Origin: Spirochaetia bacterium
Lineage (GTDB): Bacteria > Spirochaetota > Spirochaetia > JABMQR01
NCBI GenBank assembly: GCA_021736525.1
Contig: JAIPFR010000001.1
Coordinates: 891-64,890 of the forward strand
Reading direction: 5' to 3'
Length of the DNA: 64,000 nt
The notes under the pieces: generated by a model
Told to the model about the DNA's origin: nothing
Databases searched by the model: none
Seen by the model: the letters and a program-made list of their open reading frames with translations, nothing else
In this document: piece by piece, positions 26,821 to 37,168 of the stretch
Layout of the letters: each line of letters starts with the position of its first letter
How positions within the stretch are numbered: position 1 is the first letter of the stretch
Made by a program: the position numbers and the translations under genes

Positions 26821-27804
26821 ATGGACAATATACGTAGCCATACATATTATCATTTGGTTGTTTACAGCATTGCAGTAATTATACTGTCAAGGTTTGGTCT
26901 TTTGTTTTATTTTTGTATGGTTCCGCTGCATTTACTGTACAGGAATTACCCTGCAAAAGTGTTTTTCAAGACTGCAGGGATATTGACCGCAGGAATTGTT
27001 CTATGGGATATACTGAAGTATACCGGCATTGGTCTTTCGGGATCAGCCTATTTGCTTGCTGCTATTGGAATGTTTTATCCTGCGATGCTCCTGATGAGCA
27101 CCATGGTCTATTACCTTCCTGCTGTCAGCAGGCGACAGATCAGAATGGGAATTGCCTCCTTAGTTCCCGCTGCAGCTGGAACAATAATAATTGTTCTGCT
27201 TAACGGGGACAATCCGGCGGCCGGAGATGTTATTGATTTCTATTCCCGGATTTTTTCGGAAATCCTTGCATCTGCAATGCCGGGGGCACAGGAACTTGGA
27301 TCAGCAGACTTTCTTTTCCTGCTGGCATTGGAAATAATGAAGGCAACATTTTTGCCTTTCTGGTTTATTATATTCGGGGCAGGAATTTTACTGAGTGAGA
27401 TAGCTGTTCAGAGAAAATCAAGTGCAGCAGGACCGGTAAAAACCTTTCTTGATTATTTTTCGGTATCCGATAAACTTCTTTGGCCGTTTATTGGAAGCTG
27501 GATGTTAGTTTTGCTGGATATAGTATTCGGATTGGGAGCATTTGGCGACTTGATCTGGAATGCCGCTCTTGTTTTCCTTCTTTTTTACGGTACGGCAGGA
27601 ATATCTATTCTATCGTATTGGGGCAGGAAAAAACATTTAAGAATGCACCCGCTTTCGTGGGTTATACTGGCAATTTTTTTGCTGTTTATACCGGGTATAA
27701 ATGTTATTTTGATTATAACGGTTCCTGTACTGGGATTATCAGAACACTGGATCCACTACAGGTTAGCGTCGAAGGAGAAGATAGATGAAAATAATACTGA
27801 ATGA
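26821..27804 (+). CDS. Multi-pass membrane protein (YybS/DUF2232-like)
   Basis: Many hydrophobic segments, C-terminal LGLSEHWI.YR, position between rpsR and rplI. Confidence 0.65.
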   Translation: MDNIRSHTYYHLVVYSIAVIILSRFGLLFYFCMVPLHLLYRNYPAKVFFKTAGILTAGIVLWDILKYTGIGLSGSAYLLAAIGMFYPAMLLMSTMVYYLPAVSRRQIRMGIASLVPAAAGTIIIVLLNGDNPAAGDVIDFYSRIFSEILASAMPGAQELGSADFLFLLALEIMKATFLPFWFIIFGAGILLSEIAVQRKSSAAGPVKTFLDYFSVSDKLLWPFIGSWMLVLLDIVFGLGAFGDLIWNAALVFLLFYGTAGISILSYWGRKKHLRMHPLSWVILAIFLLFIPGINVILIITVPVLGLSEHWIHYRLASKEKIDENNTE

Positions 27805-28411
27805 AGATGTGTACAATCTGGGAGAAGAGGGTGATGTCTGCACTGTTGCCGACGGTTATGCGAGAAACTTTCTGCTTCCGAAGAAGTTAGCTGTTCTCTT
27901 TAACAATACTAACGTTGCCTTTTTCAAGAGCCGTGAAGCCTCTATAAAAAAGAAAAAAGAAGAGAAGCGAAAAAAGGCACTATCCTTTAAAGAATCTATT
28001 GAGGAAATGTCTTTGGAACTCCGCGTTTCAGCTGGTGAATCAGGCAAGCTTTTTGGAGCAGTAACGTCAGCTTCCATAGCAGAAGCTCTGGCAAGGGAAG
28101 GAGTACATATTGAAAAGAAAAAAATCGATGTACCCTCTCATTCCATAAAAATGGTTGGCACCTACATTATTAAAGTACGGCTCTACGAGAGTGAAACAGC
28201 TGATCTGAAAATTGAGATTGTTAATGAACGATCAGCTGAATTACGTGATAAAGCAGCAGCTGCTGCTGCAAAGGCTGCTGCCAAAGCAGCTGCAGGATCG
28301 GCTCCTGAGACAGCAAAGGAAGAAGTTGTCCAAAAAGAACCAGTTGATGAAATTATCGGTTATGGTGATACGGAATTTGCCGATGAGGAAGATGACGACG
28401 AGGATCTATAA
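27785..28411 (+). CDS. rplI: 50S ribosomal protein L9 with Ala-rich/acidic tail
   Basis: MKIIL.EDV.NLG.EGD..V.DGYARNFLLP, GKLFGAVT, IK.VG.Y. Confidence 0.97.
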   Translation: MKIILNEDVYNLGEEGDVCTVADGYARNFLLPKKLAVLFNNTNVAFFKSREASIKKKKEEKRKKALSFKESIEEMSLELRVSAGESGKLFGAVTSASIAEALAREGVHIEKKKIDVPSHSIKMVGTYIIKVRLYESETADLKIEIVNERSAELRDKAAAAAAKAAAKAAAGSAPETAKEEVVQKEPVDEIIGYGDTEFADEEDDDEDL

Positions 28412-28416
28412 TTAAG

Positions 28417-29769
28417 ATGATGCCGGCCGGAAATTTGGGGAGAGTACCTCCACATAGTGAGGATGTTGAAAAAGCTGTTCTCGGGGCTGTACTTCTTTCA
28501 AGTGAAGCCCTTGAGAAAGCTTTGGAAATTCTCCGGCCTGAAGATTTTTATAAAACATCCCACAAGCTTATTTTTGAATCGATTCAGCATTTATCGAACA
28601 GCCAGAATGCAGCAGATTTGATCAGTCTCACAGATATGCTGCGACAGAGAGATCATCTAGATAAAGCCGGCGGTCCTTCGTATATAGCAGCTCTGACCTC
28701 TGATGTTCCAACAACAGCCAATGTAGATTACTACGCAAAAATAATTCGCAATAACAGTTTTCGACGTAAACTTATAACTATCTCAAGTGAACTTACCTCA
28801 AGAGCTTACGATGAATCGGAAGATACCCAGGAACTTATAGCAGAAGCTGAAAAAAAAATATTTGAGATTCTGGATAATTCCAGTATGTCAAATCAATACC
28901 AGGATGCCGGAACAATCGTAACTGAAACGGTAAATGTAATAGAGAAACTCTACCACGCAGGAGGGGACTATACAGGTGTTCCATCTGGATTCCCCGAGCT
29001 TGATCAGTTTACCAGCGGCTTCCAGAATTCTGAATATATCGTAATTGGAGCCCGCCCGTCAGTTGGAAAAACAGCGTTAGCTCTAACCATGGCCTCTTAT
29101 ATGGCAGTTCAGAAGAAAATTCCCATTGGCTTTTTTACTCTTGAGATGTCAGGCAAGTCATTAATGCAAAGACTGCTTTCTGCTGAAGCCAAAATAGATT
29201 CAAGCAGAATCCGAAACGGCATGCTCAAGCATTCAGATTTCAGTAAACTGACAGAGGCTGCCGGCAGATTGTACGAATCACCTCTCTATATAGAGGATAC
29301 CCCGAACATCAAGCTGCTGGAACTTAGAGCCCAGGCCAGAAGGATGAAAAAGAATGAGAAAATTCGCGCTTTGTTTATTGATTATATTGGATTAATAGAA
29401 GCGGAGAGTAAAAATAATATTCCCCGCCATGAACAGGTTGCAGAAATTTCACGCTCGCTTAAATCATTGGCAAGGGAACTTGATATTCCTGTTATTGCCC
29501 TGTCTCAGGTTGGAAGACAGTCGGAGGGCAAAGAACCAACACTTGCAGATCTCCGTGAATCAGGTTCGATAGAACAGGATGCTGATGTTGTTATGTTTAT
29601 TCATAAGCAGCGTGAAACTGACAAAGAACTTGATCACAATGCAAAAACTACGATTGAAACCGATTTAATTCTTGCAAAACAGAGAAATGGACCTGTTGGT
29701 ACGTGTAAACTGGTATTCATTCCTCGCTTTACCAGATTTGAGTCTCTTGCCAAAGGCAGCAAACCCTGA
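28417..29769 (+). CDS. dnaB: Replicative DNA helicase
   Basis: PPHS..E.AVLG, GARPSVGKT, FTLEMS, IDYIGL, ALSQ, DLRESGSIEQDAD, AKQRNGP. Confidence 0.97.
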   Translation: MMPAGNLGRVPPHSEDVEKAVLGAVLLSSEALEKALEILRPEDFYKTSHKLIFESIQHLSNSQNAADLISLTDMLRQRDHLDKAGGPSYIAALTSDVPTTANVDYYAKIIRNNSFRRKLITISSELTSRAYDESEDTQELIAEAEKKIFEILDNSSMSNQYQDAGTIVTETVNVIEKLYHAGGDYTGVPSGFPELDQFTSGFQNSEYIVIGARPSVGKTALALTMASYMAVQKKIPIGFFTLEMSGKSLMQRLLSAEAKIDSSRIRNGMLKHSDFSKLTEAAGRLYESPLYIEDTPNIKLLELRAQARRMKKNEKIRALFIDYIGLIEAESKNNIPRHEQVAEISRSLKSLARELDIPVIALSQVGRQSEGKEPTLADLRESGSIEQDADVVMFIHKQRETDKELDHNAKTTIETDLILAKQRNGPVGTCKLVFIPRFTRFESLAKGSKP

Positions 29770-29786
29770 GACAGAGAGAGCTGCTC

Positions 29787-31163
29787 TTACCCCAGAAAAT
29801 ATCTCAGATCATTGAATACGGTAAAGAAAAGCAAGGTGAAAAGGATACCAAAACCGACAATCTGTAAAATGTAGTATTTACGTGGAGAAATTTGTCGTCT
29901 TGTAAGTCCCTCAGCAGCCGCAAGAACCATTTGACCGCCATCCAATGCGGGTATCGGCAGTAAATTTGCGAACCCTAAAGCTACACTCACAAAGCCCAGC
30001 AGCTGCAGCAATGTACGAATTCCTGTAATAAAACTTTGCCGGAAGCCCGCAGCAGCGGCCTCACCTACAAGGTAAGTGATCTTTATAGGGCCAGCCATGG
30101 CTTCTTCCAGATCTAACCCTTTAAAAAGCATTCCAATACTTTTAAATGTGAGAGAGAATGTAGAAGCCATTTCCTTAATTCCTTTGCCAAGGGCATCAAT
30201 GAGTGATTCTGCTTTATTAGTAATCGTCAGTGATGGGAATCCAAATTGAATCGTAACATTACCGTCATCACTTTTCGCCGGTATATAGGTTAGAACAGTC
30301 TCACGATTTTCTCGTTCAACAGTAACTTCAAATCTATTGCTGATACTCTGGGATATACTATTGTAAAAACCCAGGGCATGGGTAACCGGTTCATTCCCGA
30401 CGCTCTTTAACAAGTCGCCAACTTGAAAACCGGCAGCTTCTTCCGGGGACCCGGGAGGAAAGGATGTAATGATCGGCTCTATCCAGGCATATATGCCTAT
30501 TATACCGGAACCTGTTTTCCGATCTATTTCCGGTATTATTATCGTTGAGTATTCGGTTCCTTCACGCTGGTAGACAAGAGGAAGTTCTTTTTCAGCATTT
30601 GTGATAAGAGCATCCTGGATATCGGAAAAATTAGAGATAGGATTATTACCAATTTTGATAATGTAATCTCCAGACTGAAGACCAGCTTTTACTGCCGGAC
30701 TCTCCTGCGATCCGTCATTTCCGGATAATATCGGGAATTCAGAAACAAGAATTATCCGGTTAGAGTAGGTCGGGTATTCATAGCCAATTGCCCAGACGCT
30801 GGAAAAAAGGATAACAGCAAAGATCAAATTGAAAACAGGACCAGCAGCATACGTAAGAAAACGTCTTATGGGTGTTACAGAAAATAGTGATCCAGGCTCC
30901 TTGGGAAAGGTTGAATACTTGTTGTCGAGAGCTTTGCGAAAAGCCTCTTCACCCTTAAGTTTGCAATAACCTCCAACAGGAAACAGATTAAGCTTGTATT
31001 GGGTGTTTTTATGAGTGAATTGCTTCAGAGTTTTCCCCCAACCCACAGCGAATGCTTCAACTTCAATCCCTGAGAGTCTGGCTGCCAGCAAATGTCCATA
31101 CTCATGGACAATAATGACTATGCCCAACCCGAATAACCCCAGAAGGATTGTAATTATAATCAT
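29787..31163 (-). CDS. rseP: Intramembrane zinc metalloprotease RseP
   Basis: HEYGH, GGYCKL, AGPVFN, two PDZ-like segments, NLLPIPALDGG. Confidence 0.95.
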   Translation of the reverse strand: MIIITILLGLFGLGIVIIVHEYGHLLAARLSGIEVEAFAVGWGKTLKQFTHKNTQYKLNLFPVGGYCKLKGEEAFRKALDNKYSTFPKEPGSLFSVTPIRRFLTYAAGPVFNLIFAVILFSSVWAIGYEYPTYSNRIILVSEFPILSGNDGSQESPAVKAGLQSGDYIIKIGNNPISNFSDIQDALITNAEKELPLVYQREGTEYSTIIIPEIDRKTGSGIIGIYAWIEPIITSFPPGSPEEAAGFQVGDLLKSVGNEPVTHALGFYNSISQSISNRFEVTVERENRETVLTYIPAKSDDGNVTIQFGFPSLTITNKAESLIDALGKGIKEMASTFSLTFKSIGMLFKGLDLEEAMAGPIKITYLVGEAAAAGFRQSFITGIRTLLQLLGFVSVALGFANLLPIPALDGGQMVLAAAEGLTRRQISPRKYYILQIVGFGILFTLLFFTVFNDLRYFLG

Positions 31164-32320
31164 AATACTTTAACAAACTCCTTGCTTTTTCGACGAATAG
31201 CTTCATCTATGGCGAAAACATCATCAAAGTCTGCAGGGTTTTGTGACCAGTCAAGCTGCAGAACTCTGTCAGTCAGTTCAGCAATCTGCAAAAAGGAGAT
31301 GACACCTTTGGAGAATTCATCAACGGCTATCTCATTGACAGCATTATAGGCAATGGTATATGCGCCTTTTGCAGCCAATGCCTGATAGGCAAATTTCAGC
31401 ATTGGGAATTTCTGAGTATCCGGATTCTCAAAGGTAAGCGTGTGACCGACAATATCAAAAGGAACTATAGTCCTGTCAGAGATTTCAGGATAGCAAAGTG
31501 CATTTATTATAGGGATTTTCATGTCAGCAGAGCTTAGTTGGGCATACAGGCAGCCGTCAGTTGTAGATATCAAAGAATGAACTATACTTTGAGGATGCAC
31601 TACAACTTTTATTTTGTCAGAGGGGGTGCCGAAAAACATCTGAGTCTCTATTACCTCAAGACCTTTATTTGCGAGAGTTGCAGAATCAATAGATATTTTG
31701 TTTCCCATATTCCATGTCGGATGCTTAAGTGCATCCTGGATCGTAATCGAAGAAAAGGTCTCAACAGGTCTGGTGCGAAAAGGTCCGCCTGAAGCAGTGA
31801 GAATAATTGAATCAATGAATTTCTCCGGCCTGAACCGAGTCAGCTGAAAAATAGCCGAATGTTCAGAATCTACAGGAATTATCCTGCAGTTATGCTTTTC
31901 TGCCAAAGGAAAGATCAGGGGACCAGCCATTACAACTGTTTCTTTATTTGCCAGAACAAGATCTTTCCCAGATTCCAAAGCTGCAATTGATGGACCGAGA
32001 CCGGCTGCGCCTGCAATCGCATTCACTACAATATCAGCATCTGATGAGCTGATCATTTCAAGAAGACCTTCTTTTCCGTAATAGGTGAACTTTCCAGCAG
32101 TATTAACTGATGGTTCAGAGATCGTGGTATCTGCAGAGTTTCCTGAATAAGCAGTTACTACTGAATTTCCGAACCGCTTCTGCAGTTCCAGCAGCTTTAC
32201 CCCGTTTGTGTGACTCGATAATCCTGTAATTTCAAATTTATCAGTAAAAGCTGCTGCAGCATCCAGAGTACTGCTTCCTATTGAACCAGTGCTTCCGAGT
32301 AGTAATATTTTTTTCTTCAT
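31160..32320 (-). CDS. dxr: 1-deoxy-D-xylulose-5-phosphate reductoisomerase
   Basis: LGSTGSIG, LANKE, PVDSEHSAIFQ, TASGGPF, HPTWNMG.KI.IDSAT..NKGLE. Confidence 0.97.
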   Translation of the reverse strand: MKKKILLLGSTGSIGSSTLDAAAAFTDKFEITGLSSHTNGVKLLELQKRFGNSVVTAYSGNSADTTISEPSVNTAGKFTYYGKEGLLEMISSSDADIVVNAIAGAAGLGPSIAALESGKDLVLANKETVVMAGPLIFPLAEKHNCRIIPVDSEHSAIFQLTRFRPEKFIDSIILTASGGPFRTRPVETFSSITIQDALKHPTWNMGNKISIDSATLANKGLEVIETQMFFGTPSDKIKVVVHPQSIVHSLISTTDGCLYAQLSSADMKIPIINALCYPEISDRTIVPFDIVGHTLTFENPDTQKFPMLKFAYQALAAKGAYTIAYNAVNEIAVDEFSKGVISFLQIAELTDRVLQLDWSQNPADFDDVFAIDEAIRRKSKEFVKVL

Positions 32321-32323
32321 GGA

Positions 32324-33178
32324 TTACCCCGTTTGAATTACTGTAACAAAAATATAGAAAAAAGGGGCGGAAAAGACAATGGAATCAATAGAGTCAAGAA
32401 TTCCACCACGACCCGGCATAAGCACTCCAGAATCTTTTGATTTTGCCGAACGTTTTAAAACAGACTCAAAAAGATCGCCGATATTTGAGGTTACTGAAAT
32501 CAGAAGAAAAAGAAGTGCTTCCAGCAACCATGTTGTTCGTGCCGGAAAAATTGTGGGGATGAGGGCCAGATACACAAACCCGATTACGACAGTCATAACA
32601 GTACCGCCGACAAATCCAGCGGTACTTTTCCCCGGGCTGACCTTGAATATATTACGAGATGATTTCCCTAAACTCATCCCGAAAAGATAGGCAAATACGT
32701 CATTTGAGAATATAAGGAGAAAAAGCATAACAAGAAGCCAGCCCGCATGTTCCAGACTTGTCAGTTTAATGAGAAAAATTACAAAAAGGGCAGGGTAGAA
32801 AGCAATTATGAGATTTGAGCCTATTCTTGCTGCCGACCCGGAAAAATTATCAATATGGCCAGTAAGAATTTCATCTCCGCAAATAATCAGGACAATGAAA
32901 AGAAAAACCAACTCAAGAATCGGAAATCCCGGAAAATAAAAAATGCCCAGATGAGATGCGACAGGTATGAGAATGGTAATCCAGGGAGAAAACCGAAGCC
33001 TGAGCCCAGTATTTGCATGCATCATCAACGCATGAGTCTCTTTGGAGCCCAGAAAGGTGAAAACAATGATGACAGCCAGAAAAGCAGCATAGTTTAGATA
33101 GTAAAGAAAAAAAATAACACTTAATATCAGGGGAATTCCAATAACAGTAATAAGAATTCTCTTAAGGACTGTTTTCAA
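32324..33178 (-). CDS. cdsA: Phosphatidate cytidylyltransferase
   Basis: DVFAY.FG, SPGKS..G..GG, GDLFES.LKR..KDSG..PG.GG.LD.IDS. Confidence 0.95.
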   Translation of the reverse strand: MKTVLKRILITVIGIPLILSVIFFLYYLNYAAFLAVIIVFTFLGSKETHALMMHANTGLRLRFSPWITILIPVASHLGIFYFPGFPILELVFLFIVLIICGDEILTGHIDNFSGSAARIGSNLIIAFYPALFVIFLIKLTSLEHAGWLLVMLFLLIFSNDVFAYLFGMSLGKSSRNIFKVSPGKSTAGFVGGTVMTVVIGFVYLALIPTIFPARTTWLLEALLFLLISVTSNIGDLFESVLKRSAKSKDSGVLMPGRGGILDSIDSIVFSAPFFYIFVTVIQTG

Positions 33179-33924
33179 TTATCAATTCCCCCGTAATTAC
33201 GTTTTCTGTTTCGGAAGTCGACTAAGGCATTGTCCAGATCACCAGCTTTCCAATCCGGCCAGAGTTTATCACTAAAAAAGAGTTCTGAATAGGCACTCTG
33301 CCAAAGCAGAAAGTTACTTAAACGTCTCTCTCCAGCTGTGCGGATGATCAGGTCAGGATCGGGAATTTCAGGATTATCTAAAAATTTCCGAAAAGAAATC
33401 TCAAGAGCATGTCGGTCAGAACCAGCAGAAGAATCAGCAATAGCGTGGAGTTTGAATGCCTTTTCCATGCCCCTGACTATTTCATTCCTTCCGCCGTAAT
33501 TAATTGCAAGACAAACTGTCAGTCCAGTATGAGCGGCAGTATATGCAGCAGCTTCGTCAATAACAGCTGCAACATTTACAGGAAGGCCGCTGCGGTCTCC
33601 AGTATGCAGTATTCTAATGTTCTGTTCTCGATAGAATGGGTATTCTTTTCTTATATATTTTGATATGAGGCCCATAAGAAATGAAACTTCCTGCTCTGAA
33701 CGTTTCCAGTTTTCCGTAGAAAACGCGTAAAGCGTTAAAAAAGAAATATGTCTTACAACAGCAGCCCGTATTATTCTTTTTGCCGCTTTAAGTCCTTCAA
33801 GGTGCCCGGAAGTTCTAGGCATCTTACGGAAATGTGCCCAGCGACCATTACCATCCATGATGATGCCAATATGCTGCGGTATGGACGGATCAGGGTCAGG
33901 GGATTTGTTGTTCCGGGCTTCCAT
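33175..33924 (-). CDS. uppS: Undecaprenyl/polyprenyl diphosphate synthase
   Basis: HIGIIMDGNGRWA, YAFSTENWKR, NYGGR, DLIIRTAGE.RLSNFLLWQ.AY.E. Confidence 0.97.
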   Translation of the reverse strand: MEARNNKSPDPDPSIPQHIGIIMDGNGRWAHFRKMPRTSGHLEGLKAAKRIIRAAVVRHISFLTLYAFSTENWKRSEQEVSFLMGLISKYIRKEYPFYREQNIRILHTGDRSGLPVNVAAVIDEAAAYTAAHTGLTVCLAINYGGRNEIVRGMEKAFKLHAIADSSAGSDRHALEISFRKFLDNPEIPDPDLIIRTAGERRLSNFLLWQSAYSELFFSDKLWPDWKAGDLDNALVDFRNRKRNYGGIDN

Positions 33925-34478
33925 TAAACTTCCATAATTTCCTGTTCTTTTTTATCGAGCAGAATATTGATTTCTGAAACAAAGGTGTCTGTAATTTTTT
34001 GAATTGAATCTTGACCCTGCTTAAGATCATCTTCGGTTATAGTTTTTTGCTTCTCAAGCTTTTTCAGTTCATCTATAGCATCACGTCTGATATTTCTCAC
34101 AGCTACACGGCTGTTTTCAGCGATATTCTTTGCAAGTTTTACAAGTTCTTTACGCCTTTCCTCGGTAAGCGGAGGTATATTAATTCTTATAAGTTTTCCG
34201 TCATTGTTCGGGTTCAAAGAAAGCTCCGATTTGAGCAGTGCCCGTTCAATTGGTGCAAGGAGAGATTTATCCCAGGGCTGAATGACAACGAGCCTTGCTT
34301 CAGGCACTGAAATACTGGCTACCTGACTTAGCGGAGTCTCCTGACCATAGTAATCGACTTTAATTTTGTCAAATAGTGCAGTTGAAGCCCTGCCGGACCT
34401 TAGTGTGTTATACTCATTTTCAAGGGCTGTGATGCTTTTCTGCATTCGCTCTTCCATGCTGCTGATAACAGATTTCAT
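33924..34478 (-). CDS. frr: Ribosome recycling factor
   Basis: RSGRA, VDYYG, QPWD, PPLTEERRK, VRNIRR. Confidence 0.98.
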   Translation of the reverse strand: MKSVISSMEERMQKSITALENEYNTLRSGRASTALFDKIKVDYYGQETPLSQVASISVPEARLVVIQPWDKSLLAPIERALLKSELSLNPNNDGKLIRINIPPLTEERRKELVKLAKNIAENSRVAVRNIRRDAIDELKKLEKQKTITEDDLKQGQDSIQKITDTFVSEINILLDKKEQEIMEV

Positions 34479-34561
34479 AATAACTCTCCATCATTTTAGA
34501 ATTAGCATAACCCGAACCTCTGATATTATTGAAAATCGGGGTAAATGCGTTGACATTGCAC

Positions 34562-34600
34562 AAAAAACAACAGGCTATAAGCCGAAAACCTTATAGCCTG
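34562..34600 (-). terminator. Intrinsic terminator after tsf
   Basis: Perfect stem caggctataag/cttatagcctg followed by TTGTTTTTTG on the minus strand. Confidence 0.8.
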
Positions 34601-34614
34601 CCATATTTGAACAG

Positions 34615-35457
34615 TTATGCTTCTTCACCAACCTTAAAGTATCTGTAGTCTGTAATTTCAAGCTTTGTACCAACTTCTTTCGATAAAGCTGCGAGTACCT
34701 GAGACACACTGGATTTATCATCTTTAACAAAGGGCTGTTGAAGAAAACATATTTCAGAAAAATGTTTATTAATTTTTCCTTTCACGATATTCTCAACAAC
34801 ATTTGCCGGCTTATCCATTGCGGCAACCTGTTTAGTGAAAATGTCTTTCTGTTCCTCGAGATACTCGGCGTCAACAAGCTCCTTGGAAAGATATAATGGA
34901 CTGAATGCTGCAATATGCAGGGCACAATTAAAGAGAAATTCCTTAACAGCTTCATTTGCAAGGACTGCAGTATTATCCGCTTTCATTTTAACAAGGACAC
35001 CTAAAGCCCCTTCGCCATGGATATAGTCAGCTGCTATTTCATTCTCAGCAAGGGGGAGGACTGAAAATCTCTTGAGCGTCATGTTTTCCTTGATGGTGCT
35101 TATCAGATCTTTAACCATGTTTTCTAATTCTTCATCTATTTCCGTTTTGTTTTTCTCGAAAACAGTAGAAAGGAGGGCATCACCTAAGGCAATAAAATCT
35201 TTATTTCTGGCTACAAAATCAGTTTCACATGCGATCTCAAGAATCCCTGCCCGATCTGAAGTGATTTTAGTTGAGATACGTCCATTATTTGTAGCCCGAC
35301 CGCTTCTTTTTGCAGCCGCAGCAAGTCCAAGTTCTTTAAGCTTTTTTTCTGCCTGCTGGAAATTGCCATCGGTTTCAACCAAGGCTTTTTTACAGTCTAG
35401 CATACCTGCACCTGTTTTTTCACGCAGTTTTTTTACGTCTGATGCTTTTATTGTCAC
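34615..35457 (-). CDS. tsf: Elongation factor Ts
   Basis: VKKLREKTGAGMLDCKKAL, CETDFVA, YIHG, LHIAA, LQQPFVKD; GTG start with SD AAGGAG. Confidence 0.98.
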   Translation of the reverse strand: MTIKASDVKKLREKTGAGMLDCKKALVETDGNFQQAEKKLKELGLAAAAKRSGRATNNGRISTKITSDRAGILEIACETDFVARNKDFIALGDALLSTVFEKNKTEIDEELENMVKDLISTIKENMTLKRFSVLPLAENEIAADYIHGEGALGVLVKMKADNTAVLANEAVKEFLFNCALHIAAFSPLYLSKELVDAEYLEEQKDIFTKQVAAMDKPANVVENIVKGKINKHFSEICFLQQPFVKDDKSSVSQVLAALSKEVGTKLEITDYRYFKVGEEA

Positions 35458-35529
35458 TCTGTTCTCCTTACACTCATTTTTTATGATATCGAAGAAGTTA
35501 CTTGTCTTTACGAGACAAGTAACAATTTA

Positions 35530-36438
35530 CTACTCTTCGTACAGCGTTTCCTCATCGACAAGTTTGGCTGCCTCTTCATCAACAACGCCCTCAAGTACCG
35601 GGTTTTTTACAGGAGCGTCAACCTTTTCTTCAGCAGGATTGAAATCAGCATAGTCATCTTCTGAATACTCGGTTTCTTCATTAACCAGCACATCCTCACC
35701 TTCGTCAAATGAAGAATCCTCGTTCTCCTCAGAACCGTCAAGCATTTCAAAGCCTATTTCATTATCGGCGTCTACTACCGCATTAGCAATAATTTCTGTA
35801 AATAATGAAATTGCACGAATTGCATCGTCATTGCCCGGAATTGGAAAATCAATATCTGTTGGATCGCAATTTGTATCGACAACGGCTACGATAGGTATGC
35901 CAAGTCGCTTAGCTTCCGCTACCGCTATTGTCTCTTTACGCGTGTCTATGATGAAAATTGCTCCGGGAAGATCCTTCATTTCCTTGATTCCGCCAAGGTT
36001 CTTCTCAAGCTTGGCCCGTTCCCGATTAAGCTTGGCAATTTCTTTTTTAGTCAGACTTTCAAAAGTCCCGTCAACTTCCATCTTCTCTATTTTCTTGAGA
36101 CGATGAATTGATTTTTTTATTGTTGAAAAGTTTGTGAGCATGCCGCCAAGCCAACGGTTGTTCACATAAGGCATACCGCAGCGCTTTGCCTCATCTTCAA
36201 TCGCCTGTTGAGCCTGTTTCTTTGTTCCTATAAAAAGAATTGATTTTCCGTTTTTAACCTGCTCCCTGATTAAGTCATATGCTTCTTTAATGCATACTGT
36301 CGTTTTCTGCAGGTCAATGATGTGAATACCATTTCGTTCGGAAAAGATGAATTTCTTCATCTTTGGATTCCATCGTTTGGTCTGATGACCAAAGTGCACA
36401 CCTGACTCGAGCAGGCTTTTCATACTAACTACTGCCAA
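35530..36438 (-). CDS. rpsB: 30S ribosomal protein S2 with acidic C-terminal tail
   Basis: [34 protein letters not shown] start at 36438 with SD GGAGGA. Confidence 0.98.
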   Translation of the reverse strand: MAVVSMKSLLESGVHFGHQTKRWNPKMKKFIFSERNGIHIIDLQKTTVCIKEAYDLIREQVKNGKSILFIGTKKQAQQAIEDEAKRCGMPYVNNRWLGGMLTNFSTIKKSIHRLKKIEKMEVDGTFESLTKKEIAKLNRERAKLEKNLGGIKEMKDLPGAIFIIDTRKETIAVAEAKRLGIPIVAVVDTNCDPTDIDFPIPGNDDAIRAISLFTEIIANAVVDADNEIGFEMLDGSEENEDSSFDEGEDVLVNEETEYSEDDYADFNPAEEKVDAPVKNPVLEGVVDEEAAKLVDEETLYEE

Positions 36439-36544
36439 AATATTCCTCCATAACACGTGGTACGCAACTATTAATTATAGCTGTTCAGCGCACCTGCCTT
36501 CTCTGATTCTCACCTGACGGTGGAGATTTTGAGTATCTACATAC

Positions 36545-37168
36545 TCAATTTATTTGTGGGAAAATAAAACCCCGCTTCCGTAATATGCCAAATATTTCAT
36601 GTATTGGCAAGCCTGCGACCGTAAAATAACTTCCTTTAATCGAAGAAATTAAGCGCATCCCCATTCCCTGTATTCTATAAGCGCCGGCAGCCCGGTCCCA
36701 TTCCCCGCTTAGCAGGTAGTCTTCTATCTCTTTCTTTGTTAAGGAAAAAAAGGTAATATCCGCTCGATCCCAACCTGAAAACGTAATTTGTTCGCCCGGA
36801 AAATATACTGCATATCCGGAATATACAGAATGAGCTTTCCCGGATAAAGCTGAAAGCATACTATAAGCTTTCTGCCAGCTGTCAGGTTTGCCGAAGATTT
36901 CATCATTATAAACTACCATTGTATCAGCTGTTATAACAGGATCCGCAATGTTCTCGGTAATTGCTTTGCTTTTAAGCAAAACAGAAAGTTTATGCTTTGC
37001 AAGATGCTCAACTGAATCGCCGGGGAAAGCATGGACAATTTCTTCATCGGCAAAAGTCGGCAAAACGGTTACGCGAAATCCTGCCTGCTCAAGAATGCTT
37101 TTTCTGGCAGGTGAAGCTGAGGCAAGAATGATCCTATTATTAAACGAGTTTACAGGGTCAGGATTCAT
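36545..37168 (-). CDS. maf: Maf-family nucleotide pyrophosphatase
   Basis: ILASASPARK, ITADT, GKP, LSGK.H.V, AGAY.IQ, I.GSY..V.GLP; SD GAGGAG. Confidence 0.92.
   Translation of the reverse strand: MNPDPVNSFNNRIILASASPARKSILEQAGFRVTVLPTFADEEIVHAFPGDSVEHLAKHKLSVLLKSKAITENIADPVITADTMVVYNDEIFGKPDSWQKAYSMLSALSGKAHSVYSGYAVYFPGEQITFSGWDRADITFFSLTKKEIEDYLLSGEWDRAAGAYRIQGMGMRLISSIKGSYFTVAGLPIHEIFGILRKRGFIFPQIN
36582..36610 (-). promoter_or_regulatory. Putative rpsB-tsf promoter inside the 3' end of maf
   Basis: Minus strand TTGCCA-17 nt-CATATT with extended TG. Confidence 0.45.

Noticed and set aside
35072..35653. 193-aa plus-strand ORF, and the many similar nested antisense ORFs in the track
   Set aside because: They lie opposite well-supported conserved genes (here tsf/rpsB) and show typical Ser-rich antisense composition.
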